A stretch of 45,182 nucleotides of DNA from Clostridiales bacterium UBA1779 (GCA_002314565.1 DCGL01000116.1:1-45182); one strand, 5' to 3'. Counted from the first letter of the stretch, positions 14,985 through 25,800 are shown. Numbers and translations are program-made. Notes: generated from the letters alone by a model not told the origin.

Positions 14985-16266
14985 GAAAAGGGGACTTTTG
15001 ATGCTGATATCAGTTGTCCTGCTTCTTGGTATAGGAATATATATTACCTACGCATGGTACACCCGTATCACCGGTGTTTCCGCCATTGATTTCACTGCGG
15101 CAAGATGGGACTTCAACGCAAACTATCAGGCCGACAGTATCAAGGTCAACGTTTTCGAGTATGAATCGGTTTACGGAGGCAATATTGCGGCCCCCGGAAC
15201 AGCCGGAACGGTTAATCTGAAGCTCGGTGCCGAAGAGTCGGACGTTGACGTTGAATACATTCTGATGGTCGACCACGAAACGATGTCCGATGAGTTTCAG
15301 AAAAGAATATTCTTCTACTATACGGATGAAAACGGTGAGCAGGTTGAATTTGAATACGGGGTAAACGGTTTGTCCGGCGTTATCGCCGCCCGCAGCTCAT
15401 CAATTGTAGAGTTCAACTGGGAATGGGTCTACGATTATGACGGATACCTGGAAAAACTGGACAAAGAAAAATTTGTAGCTGCCTCAGGAATACTCAGAGT
15501 CCTGTATGACTCACCGATTGGAACGTTCACCACAATTGACGAATTCAAGGAATTGTACGAATATATCAGCAAGGATGCGGAAATTCTCAGTTCAGCACTC
15601 GTCAATCCGGGCTCCGGTGAGGACGGAACGTATTATCAGGTCCTGTCAAGCGCCGTATCGTTTCAAAGTCTGTGGAACAACAGACTGAGCGAGAGGGCAT
15701 TCAATGCTCTGCAGGTTATGGTAGGTATGACACCGGAAAGCCGCGCAATACTGTTTGCAAACGAAGCACAGTACGGAGGTTCAAGCAGCGCCATACTGAC
15801 ACTCGAAGAAATTGAAAAACTGAAGCCGTACAAAGATGCGAATGCGACCGATCCGAGTTGTCTTTATAATCTGTTTACTTCGAACTACGGCCCGGAAGGA
15901 GATTCGGCAACCGCAGATCTGAAAGAAAAATATGATATTATGCTGATTCTCAGAAGCTTTTCAAAGGCTCAGCGTGAATTGCTTTTTGCCAATTCGCAAT
16001 ATCTTGACAAGTGTTTCGGGCAGATAAATCTGGAAGTTGAAGGACAGAATTACAGCGATTCAATTGCCTATCTTGAGTATTACACAGCGGAACACGGATA
16101 TCTCACTCTTGAATCATTCTTTGAAGCGTATCTGTCTGAATATGAAGAATTTGACAGCTATGACAATAAAGTCGGGGCAAATCCGAAATATTATCAGTCT
16201 CAGATGACGGCAACGATTTACATTATCGGCACTCAGGTGAAACCTGAAGCCGTGGTCAATTCATAA
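14971..16266 (+). CDS. Group-B SipW-cognate-type secreted protein 5 (TasA/camelysin-like candidate with helical insert)
   Basis: I prefer ATG 14971 (AAAGGA about 8 nt upstream) over the track start at 14929. The leader is MKDIKKRGLLMLISVVLLLGIGIYITYA followed by WYTRITGVSAIDFTAARWDFNANY. The strand pattern IAAPGTAGTVNLKLGAEESDVDVEYILMV is typical of TasA/camelysin-like beta sandwiches. The C-terminal strand is MTATIYIIGTQV. Confidence 0.75.
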   Translation: MKDIKKRGLLMLISVVLLLGIGIYITYAWYTRITGVSAIDFTAARWDFNANYQADSIKVNVFEYESVYGGNIAAPGTAGTVNLKLGAEESDVDVEYILMVDHETMSDEFQKRIFFYYTDENGEQVEFEYGVNGLSGVIAARSSSIVEFNWEWVYDYDGYLEKLDKEKFVAASGILRVLYDSPIGTFTTIDEFKELYEYISKDAEILSSALVNPGSGEDGTYYQVLSSAVSFQSLWNNRLSERAFNALQVMVGMTPESRAILFANEAQYGGSSSAILTLEEIEKLKPYKDANATDPSCLYNLFTSNYGPEGDSATADLKEKYDIMLILRSFSKAQRELLFANSQYLDKCFGQINLEVEGQNYSDSIAYLEYYTAEHGYLTLESFFEAYLSEYEEFDSYDNKVGANPKYYQSQMTATIYIIGTQVKPEAVVNS

Positions 16267-16314
16267 AAATCAGTTTAAATTACAGCAAATAATCAGGAAG
16301 GAGGACAAAAGCGT

Positions 16315-17880
16315 ATGATAAACGGATACCGCAGATTCGAAAAAATCAGGCTCGTAATTGCCTGTGCGGCATTTTTGTGCGCTGTTGCCCTTCTTGTCTG
16401 CTACGCTGCCGTTTTTACCGTATCAAAATACAAAACCGAAATAGACGGATATACAAATTTTGAAATATCCTCATTCCATGCAATTCTTCTCGGCAATATG
16501 ACAAAAGAAGAAATAATGGAAACGTGGACCGATACGACCAAACAACTCACACTGTTCGGAGAGGAAGTATCGGTTGCCAATCTCTCTCCGGGAATGGAAT
16601 CCGCATGCATTCCGTTTTCCTTGTCGAACGGAACTTCCGTCGATGATATTTCGGGCATGGACTTTGAATTCACACTTCGCGTTCGCACGACAGGAAATAT
16701 TCCACTGACGTTCAGGCTTCTCTGGAAAGAAATCACCGAAATAAAGAATGCTTCCGGTCAGGTTATCGATACCGTTGAAACCGAGCATACTTACGTGACA
16801 AACGGTGAGTACTATCTCGAAGAAGGGGCGAAAGGCGATGCACCGAGATACATATACACTTTTGTTGAACAAAGGACGGACAACGGTATCACTTATACCG
16901 ACGATAATGAGCATTATTTCTATATGAGCGGCGGAACTCTCAGCGTTGAATCGTTTGAATTGCAGATGGACTGGCCTCTTGGAGTTGATGCCTACGGTGA
17001 TGATACAAACAGCTCGAAGTATATGAAAGAAGTTGACGTCATCGATATGCTTGCCATAATCAGCTCGAAAAACCGTTCCGAAACATATACCGGCTCATCA
17101 GGAACGCCGACATATTATTCTGACGGATATATTCTGGTTAAACGCGGAACAGGTAATTTCGGGTCCGAGACGGAGGGCGAAAGCTTTGTTCTTTCATTTG
17201 ATTTCAGAGCATTTGAAATTCAGAGCAGCGCGTCTGAATATACGGAATCTGATTATTCATTCGTTGTCGGAAACGGCAATGATATTTACAACGGCAGTGC
17301 AATATTAAATCCTACCACTTCTTCTTATACGAATTTCAAGCTTGAAATTGCCGTGCCGCTGACAGTGGATACACAAAGCAAGCAGGACAGTGTCAGAAGC
17401 TGTGCGATATACATTCAGGACGTTAATGACAGTAACGAAGACGGTGACAAAACCGATTATATTGAGATTACTTCAACCTCGATTTCGTACAGACTTTACG
17501 ATATAACCGACGATACATACGAAAGCTTTGAATCCAGAGCCGAGGCACTTGCTTATATCAATGATGCTGATTACGATTATGTGAAGTCAAATCTCAGAAT
17601 GTACAAGATTTACACACCTTCGGTGAACGACAATCAGGCACATTATTTTTCACTCAGTAATCTCGAAGCCGATGCTTCAATAAAGTATGACAGCCTGAAA
17701 TTCAAGATTCGTATGACGGGCAGCCCGATTACTTCCGTTACGGCGCTGGAAAACATTCCGAGAGTAGTTGTAACGGCATATTATGAAAATTCCGAAAGGG
17801 ATAACTCATCGCAGGGAACAACGGTTGATTCCGGTGCAATAGGATCCGGCGCGATTGATTCCGGTTCTGTAATCGGGTAA
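16315..17880 (+). CDS. Group-B SipW-cognate-type secreted protein 6 (divergent leader)
   Basis: An SD (GAAGGAGG) lies upstream. The leader is RRFEKIRLVIACAAFLCAVALLVCYA followed by AVFTVSKYKTEIDGYTNFEISSF. It also has LSPGMESACIPFSLSNGTSV. The C-terminus is a low-complexity Gly/Ser tail (SGAIGSGAIDSGSVIG). Confidence 0.7.
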   Translation: MINGYRRFEKIRLVIACAAFLCAVALLVCYAAVFTVSKYKTEIDGYTNFEISSFHAILLGNMTKEEIMETWTDTTKQLTLFGEEVSVANLSPGMESACIPFSLSNGTSVDDISGMDFEFTLRVRTTGNIPLTFRLLWKEITEIKNASGQVIDTVETEHTYVTNGEYYLEEGAKGDAPRYIYTFVEQRTDNGITYTDDNEHYFYMSGGTLSVESFELQMDWPLGVDAYGDDTNSSKYMKEVDVIDMLAIISSKNRSETYTGSSGTPTYYSDGYILVKRGTGNFGSETEGESFVLSFDFRAFEIQSSASEYTESDYSFVVGNGNDIYNGSAILNPTTSSYTNFKLEIAVPLTVDTQSKQDSVRSCAIYIQDVNDSNEDGDKTDYIEITSTSISYRLYDITDDTYESFESRAEALAYINDADYDYVKSNLRMYKIYTPSVNDNQAHYFSLSNLEADASIKYDSLKFKIRMTGSPITSVTALENIPRVVVTAYYENSERDNSSQGTTVDSGAIGSGAIDSGSVIG

Positions 17881-18039
17881 ATATACAGTATCCGGAACAA
17901 AAATTAAGACGGTAAACTGAACGACAGAAACAGGCAGAGAACGCCGGGCAGCAACGGAAAATGCGTCCAAAACAGCTAATAACAACGACGCATCTGATAA
18001 GCTAAAAATTACATTATTTCGAAACACCGCGAAAAAAAC

Positions 18040-19680
18040 TTGAATGCGAGAAAAAGACGGAAACAGGCAATGAGAAAACAGAGAGAGACGGAAAAAGGAA
18101 AAAACAGAATATTCAAGCTTATGCTGACGTCACTTCTGTGCCTGTGTTTGCTTTTTAACTGCTTTACGGCAATTCTGTCGGCAATCGGACTGCGCAGTAC
18201 TCTCAACTGGCTGCCGGGGGCATTTATGACGGTTGACAGTGCGAGTATGCAGCCTGAACTCAGTATAGGCGACCTGATTTTTGTGTGGAAGGTTCCATTT
18301 GAAGAGTTGAGTGTCGGTGACACAGTTACCACATACAGAAACGGAAGTTATACAACACACAAAATAGTGCGTCTTGAAGACGAAAAAATAATCACAAAGG
18401 GACTTGTCAACGCAATTGAAGACAGTCCTGCTGAAGATACGGATTATTTTGCAAAACTGATTTTTTCAATACCCGGTGCCGGAGCCGCATATTCTGTTGT
18501 GTCATCCGGTTGGATGGCATTTCTGTGCATATGCCTGATTCTTGCCGCCTTCCTTGCACGCCCCGTATTCGAATACTGTATCAGACGTCAGAAGAAGCTT
18601 CGCGTAAGCCTGCTCAGAATCAGTTCCGCTTTGTGTGCTGCAAGCTTTATGCTGATTCCAAGCACGATGACTCTTGCAAAATTTACCGGAACCGTCGGGG
18701 CCGGTAAAACCGCCGCTGCTGCCGAGGTGAATTTCAGCAGCAATTATCTGACTGAAAACGGAAACATTTACGACATCGTAGGATGGGACGGAAGCGATTA
18801 CAAGCTTTTGGTAAAAATCAATAACTACGCCAACATTCTGAAATACAACGAAGAAGGCGTTGATCTGGGATATACGCTTGAGTATGAGAAAATTACCGAA
18901 CAAGGCGAGCAGACCTATCCTTTGGATTACACAATTTCCGTTGAGCCGATTGACGGTACATCAATTGATTCTTCCGGCAATGCGCATTCAATTGCGCCGG
19001 CATATACAGCCGAGGAACCTGTTGCAATAGTCAGCGGAGGAATTCAACTCGGAACGAGGAAAGGACCGTACTCAATTGAAGGCGGAGCCAAAACAGCTCA
19101 CTTTTTCCAGGTTACTGTCAATGCCAAAACTCAGAGCGGACTATCATTGTCTGAAGGAGATAAAGTCTGTTTCAGAATCAAGGCTTCCTCATTAATCGGC
19201 AGCGGTTATATATCCGATTTGTATGCGGATTTTACAATGACTGTTACGACAGCCAGTGAGTTTATCAAAAGCCGTTCGATTGAACAGGGAAACGGAGTTG
19301 CTCTTGTTAAATTCAATATAAAATCAGCCACACTGCTCGGACTTGCCTCTCAGGAAATCGTGATTAAATGGCAGAATGATATGCTTTATCCGAACATGTA
19401 CGAAACCAACCTGTGGAACCTGAGAGAAAACGGTCTCTGCACGGTTGACGAAGCAAATTGCGAAATGAGGTTTACCATGTCGGCAACGGCGAGTATGACC
19501 TTTGAATTCAACAAGTTTACCTCACGGCTTAACGATACCGTTTATCAGCGAATGAGAAAGTACGTGGAAAAAGACTCGTTGGGCCGCACTATACGGGAGT
19601 ATATAGAAATCGAACTGAATGATACCTACGATACCTTCCCGGATGGGGACGTTGAAATCATTCATGATGAAACCACATAG
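18040..19680 (+). CDS. Fusion protein: divergent SipW-like signal peptidase domain + internal SipW-type signal peptide + group-B substrate-like domain
   Basis: The N-terminal 190 aa or so contain a TM (LMLTSLLCLCLLFNCFTAILSAIGL), the Ser box VDSASMQPEL, the His box TTHKIVRL, ITKGLVNAIEDSP (the KGD(A/N)N box is degenerate) and a second TM (WMAFLCICLILAAFLA). Next come a basic n-region (RRQKKLRVSLLR), an h-region (ISSALCAASFMLIPSTMTLA) and KFTGTVGAGKTAAAAEVNFSSNY with about 330 aa of mature-like domain. The start is uncertain: TTG 18040 or ATG 18070. Confidence 0.75.
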   Translation: MNARKRRKQAMRKQRETEKGKNRIFKLMLTSLLCLCLLFNCFTAILSAIGLRSTLNWLPGAFMTVDSASMQPELSIGDLIFVWKVPFEELSVGDTVTTYRNGSYTTHKIVRLEDEKIITKGLVNAIEDSPAEDTDYFAKLIFSIPGAGAAYSVVSSGWMAFLCICLILAAFLARPVFEYCIRRQKKLRVSLLRISSALCAASFMLIPSTMTLAKFTGTVGAGKTAAAAEVNFSSNYLTENGNIYDIVGWDGSDYKLLVKINNYANILKYNEEGVDLGYTLEYEKITEQGEQTYPLDYTISVEPIDGTSIDSSGNAHSIAPAYTAEEPVAIVSGGIQLGTRKGPYSIEGGAKTAHFFQVTVNAKTQSGLSLSEGDKVCFRIKASSLIGSGYISDLYADFTMTVTTASEFIKSRSIEQGNGVALVKFNIKSATLLGLASQEIVIKWQNDMLYPNMYETNLWNLRENGLCTVDEANCEMRFTMSATASMTFEFNKFTSRLNDTVYQRMRKYVEKDSLGRTIREYIEIELNDTYDTFPDGDVEIIHDETT

Positions 19681-19803
19681 AACTGCGATATAAATGCTGC
19701 TCCGTAAAAATCCGGAGCAAGATGCTGCAGATAATAAAGTACAAAAATAAGCTTCAGAATGAAGAATGAGCTCTTCCGATGGAAGAAAGAAACGGTCGCA
19801 AAC

Positions 19804-22800
19804 ATGAAGAAAATCAGTATAAGGGAAATCAAAAATATATGCAGAAGAACGGGGGCATTTATGCTTGCCCTCTCTATGATAATTGCCGCAGTGCCTTCAG
19901 TATTACTGGAGGCTTTTGCTCTCGAAGGGGATTTTACGCCCTTTGAGGACTTCAAAACCGAGCATACCCCGATAATTACAGGGGATCAGTCGGATGCCGG
20001 TACTGAGGGAAACCCTTATCTGCTTGAAAACGAGGCGGATTTTGCAAAGCTTGCGGAAAACATCAACAAGTCAGAAGAGTATTCGAAAAAATCCGAAAAT
20101 CTTTATTTCAAGGTTATGTCATATGATGCCTGGGGCGAAGGACAGCCTCTGGAATTTACTGCAACAGGTGCAAATGCCGTATGCATTGGCATTGAGGGCA
20201 ATCATAGCCACTCGTTCAGGGGTCATATGAATCTCAATGGTGTTAAGATAAGAACCAACGGACCGCTTTTCGGCTCTCTCGGAAACGGCGCTGAAATTTA
20301 CGACGGTCAGATTGTACTTACCGACCTTGACGGTTCATCAGCTTACACAGATGATTCCAACTGGGGAGGACTTACAAAGACCGTAACTACAGACCCGGAG
20401 GCGGCAACTACCGTATCCATTCATGATATTTCCGTAAATCTTGACGTATCTCTCGATGCTGTTACCCTGCGGGCAGCCGGAGGTCTTATCGGACGTATTC
20501 ACAACAATACACTGAATACCCTTACAGTCAATCTCTATAATGTCAGTGCAATTCAGGCTCAGAGTGAAACCTTTAATTTTGAAGCCCAAGCCACCTATCT
20601 CGGCGGTATTGTGGGCGAAATATACAATGGAACGAATTATTCTGTCAATGCTTCGAGTGTCACAGTCTGTCTCGGCAGAACAAGCACCTCGAATGCGGAT
20701 ACCATTGGAGCAGCAGGAAGCTTCAAGAATCCGGTAGGATTTGTCGGAGGCATAATCGGAAAATCCAACAGAAACGTAACAATTGAAATAAACGCTTCCG
20801 TATTGATACCGACTCCTGTGTTTGTCACATCTGGGCGCGGTTATTACGGAATAGCGGCAGATCTCTGCCGCGGTCTTTGCTATGCTCAGGGCAATGCCGA
20901 ATTTTATTTCGGCGAAAGAAAACCGGAGAACAGAAAAACGGCTTCTGAGCTTCTGTATTTCACACCGACGGCGGGATATGCAACATTTGCGATAAACAAC
21001 GGAACCATGTATAACGGCTTAAACTTCAATCTTTCAATACAGGGCGACGGTTCCGAAGAGTATCCCTTCCTGATTGATTCCGCTGAAAAGCTGCTTATGC
21101 TGTGTGTGGGACTCAATACAAGAACACTGAATGTCCTTCGCCTTTTTGTCGGAGATTCGGATTCTGAATACCGCTCAAACAATGCCAAGTTAAATTATCT
21201 TCTTGGGGCAGAATACAAGATAATAGAAGATATAGACCTCAGGGGCACGGGCTTTGACGGTTTGGGTTATTATATTGATGATATTCAGGCAGCCGCCTTT
21301 ACCGGACATTTTTACGGGGCAAGCTCTACTCAGACAGGTATTTCGGGCTACCGTCCGACTATCAAATACAATATTGTGTCGGTTAAGGGATATAACGGCC
21401 TCTTTTCCATACTCGGTAACGGTTCATCTGTTGATAATATTAATCTGGAAGGCTCGCTTTTCTCAGCAGGAGCTTCAAACGTAGGTTCGCTTGCAGGTTC
21501 TGTCGGTTATCCTACGGGAAGCACAAATGTCAACTGTACAATTTCAAACGTATCGTCTTCCGTGGCGATTTCAAGAAACTGGACAACAACGTCCAACAAC
21601 GGCGGTCTTGTCGGCATAATAAATTTCTATAAAACCACGTCAAAATCTGCCGTCAGTTTTGTAAACTGCGAATTCAGCGGCAGTATCAGCACTTACGGTT
21701 CATATTCCGGGGGTCTTGTCGGACGTGTAAATGTTCCTGATCAGACCAGGAAATACAGTGAAACCTTCGGAACAGACCTTAACTTTATTAATTGTATCTG
21801 CAGCGGAAGTCTGACAAACAACTATTCGTCCACTGCGTATCTCGGCGGCTGCGTCGGCAGTTTCTATTCTTCAAATTCATACAAATCCTATAACAACAAG
21901 AGTCTGGCGCCCGGCAGCAACTATACGTTGAAATTCAATTCACTGCATCTGAATGTCGATGGATATACCTTCAGCGGCAATATCACGGTAACCAGTGCAA
22001 ATGCACATTCGGTAGGCGGATTTACCGGAAATCTGTCCGGTGTCGAGGCTGTATTTGACAATCTTATAATCGGAGGCACCGTAAGTGCAAGAGCAGGTTT
22101 TGCCGGAATAGCTCAATATGCAAGCGGCAAAATAACCGTTGAAGGGGTTACTATACACTCGAATGCACACTGGACGGTAAACGGCTGGTATTTCAGCGGT
22201 ATTCTTTTCGGAAGTGCCCCGACGGCTTGGATTGACATCAAGGCAAATTCATATTGCAACAATGCAACGACAGGATACGGTTCCGCATACGGAATCAACG
22301 CACAGAACGGGTCCTACTATTTCTCTGATATTGTCTCTTCCAACTTTGAGTCGTCCGGCTCGTATTACCGTTCGTCATACGTTCAGACCGGCGGTATCGT
22401 AAATATTGAAAACAACAGCGGCTTTGAAAATGCCACAACAGGAAAGAGCTCTGTTGACGGTACATACTGGAACAGATATTACAACGATATTAATCTGACT
22501 GATATTTCGGGAAGCGGTACCAAGGCAGATCCTTTTGTCATCGACAGCGTTGACAAACTGATTACCCTTCAGGTATTTATGTTTGCAAATCCCAATATTG
22601 CTTATTTGCTTCTCGATTATTTTGACGGTGCTGCCTACGGTTCAAACTATACCGTTATTGATAAGTGTATGTACCTCAAGAATGCAAATTACAGATTTGA
22701 GGGCACTCTCGACCTTTCAAACAAAACGGTATACCCCATTCCGGTTATAGGCGGAAATTATGACGGTGGTATTGTCGGGGCCGGCGGAAAATACACTGAA

Positions 22801-25800
22801 AACACGACGATTATTTTCCATTCACCGGAAAGCTCACAGAACAGAACAAGCTCTTATAAGGATATGCAAGGCGGTCTGTTTACCACGGTCAGCTCAATGA
22901 ATTCGACCGTCCCGATTCAGATCAAAGGCTTTACACTTACCGGCGCCGTAAACGGAACCGGGGATACTGCAGCCTTAATCTCCTCTTTTTACAACTACAA
23001 TAATAACACACTGTATACCGCTCATTACAACTATGGCGGATATGCCATATACAGCGGGAAAGTCGACGTGTCATATATCACGTTTGACAATATTACGGTA
23101 GGCTCTTACAACGATTATTCAGGACTCATTGCCGGCATTATCAACGGCGGTGACCATGATTTCCATGACCTGACTCTTAAAAACTGTACAACATCAAACT
23201 TCGCTGATGCTTTTGTCACCAAAGCCTATTCAAATTCCGGTCTGTATGAATTCCAGCGTATTGATTTTGCCGATAACAGCTGGCAGAATTTTGAAGTTGC
23301 CGTATTCTTCAATTATTTTGCGGAGGGTGTTGCTTATTATTACGATACCGAAGCAGGAGATTTAGAAAAATACAAATACGACATTCCGAAAACAGAGGCA
23401 CAGGCAGGTGCCGGAAATCCGTATAAGGCGCCCGAAGGTCCGAGCTCGGCAAAGCATATTTCCATAAATCCCGTTCTGAACTACATCACAATGGGTCTTG
23501 GCACCGATGCGTCGCCGTATATGATTTCCAAGGCTTCTCAGCTTTATGCCGTTGCTTCGGCAATTGCCACAAACGGCAAAACTCTCGGAAAAATTCTTCT
23601 TGAAATTCCCGGTGTAACCAAAGAAGACTTCGCCGCGATGACTGATGCTCAGCTCAGCGCCAAGGCTCAGGCGCTTGCCTCTGCAAGTTACGTACTGACA
23701 TCCGACATTGATTTTTCGTTCCTGAACGTAGATGATATAGATGCCGGGGACAGCAGCCAGACGCTCGAGGGCTTCCTCGGTATCGGAACCCTTGCAAATC
23801 CGTTCTCAGGCTCTTTTGACGGACAGGGATATACTGTCACTCTTGCGGACTACGATCAGGCTCAGAACAATTTCGCTCTCTTTACCTATGTCAGAAATGC
23901 GAAAATCAGAAATCTGACTGTGAAAACCGAAGCGGACGGTCTTCTGATTACTTCCCCGATAACAACGAATGAAATATATCCCAATTCGTCCAACTATTCA
24001 GGTGTTGTATGTGCGGTTATTCTCGGCGGAGACGTAGTGTTTGATAATGTAACCGCCAAGGGCGACGTCAAGCTTGACAGTCTCGCTGTTGAAAGAAATG
24101 CTTATATCGGCGGATATGCTGCGCGTATTGAGGCAGCTCTTGTTCAGCTTGTAAACGTTCCCGATGGTTATCTTGAGGATTTCAGAATATACGTTTGGGA
24201 TTCAGAGCACAATGATTACGCTATTGTTGCCGTGGATCCTGACGACGTTATTGCATCTGAGGTGGGCACGCCGTATATCTGTGACGATACGAGACTTTAT
24301 GCAGCCCTTTGTCCATATGTCGTTGACGGTCTTATTATGTATATGGGCGATGACCCGTATTCAAGCGTTGTATGGACGGGACAGAACGAATATAACGGTA
24401 AGGTCAATGTCCAGTTCAGTATTGACCTGAATAACAATTCCGAAGTGTATCCGAAGAATGATCTTGACAGCTCGAATCTTGAATACACTTATTCGATTAT
24501 GAACCGGGACGGAACTACACCTGCTATGGTAACCGACAAGCAGGGGAACGTGGGGTATCCCGTATATATTTCAAAGACAACCGGAGGAGAAACGACACAG
24601 GTTAATTCCGGTTTTATTGTCACGTCCAGCGGTATGATTATCGGAAGTCCGCTTGTCGGTGGAAACGTCAGCCTTTATGTTCGTATTGCTGTCAGAAACA
24701 CGGAAACCGGAAATACAATTTACAGAATCAGAAGCTTTACTTTTAACATAGAAAAGGCATCCTTCCCGCAACTTAATGTAAATACCACTTCCATTTCCAA
24801 TATCACATTCGCAACGGCTAATCCGGTAATAACGTATTATAACTGGCCGTGTCCTCAGAGTTATTATTTCCCGACAGCCGGAAACTATGATATAGCGACA
24901 TCTGATGCCGAAATTCAATATGAAGTTTTAGCCGGTACAGATATAATTTCCGTTGTTGACAACCATATCGTCATAAGCGGTGTCGGAGACGTTACACTGA
25001 GAATTACCAAGGGCGAGGATTCGGCATATCTGGAATCAATGACCGAGATTTCATTCACTGTCCAGAAAGCCACTCTTCACGTTTATGCCATAACGGAAAG
25101 CTGGTACTACGGAGCTTTGCAGGCACCTGACATTGTTGCCAAGGTCTATATCGACGGACTCAAGGGGTATCTGAAAGCCGACATGTACTCAACGGCATAT
25201 AACAGATATCAGGATGCTCTCGAGAACTATAATTCGAAATCGATTGAAGCCGAACAGCTTCGCGCTCTTGCAGATGCTGCCATTGGCACAGATGAATATG
25301 AGGCACTTAATTCTTCTGCGACGGCTGTCGAAGAGCCTCTTTTGAATTTGTATTACACATATAAAAATCTGGAAAACAGTTATAACAATGCCGTCGCGAA
25401 TTTCCGTGGATATGAAGCAAACAGTACGACCGAACCCGATTTTGTCAATGCTCTGAATATTGCGGGATTTTCGCTCAACGGTCGGGGCTTTATGCTTGAC
25501 AGCCGTCTTGAGGTTGCCGACAAGACTACGATTCAGGTCGGAGATTATCCCGTTACTCTGCTGTCCCTTCAGATTTCCGGAAGCGATGACAGTACAGCCG
25601 CATACTATGACGTAGTATATCACAACGACTTTGTCCGTGTCAGACGTAAGATTGTAACAAACGAAGATTTCTGCATTTACAACAAGGATGAGTATCTTGC
25701 CTATCTTGCCGGGAGCAGTTCGATTATGCCGGAAAACCTTGCTGCAACGAAGGCAAACGGTGACTGGTACAACTGCGATATCGTTATTGTTCCGAATGCG

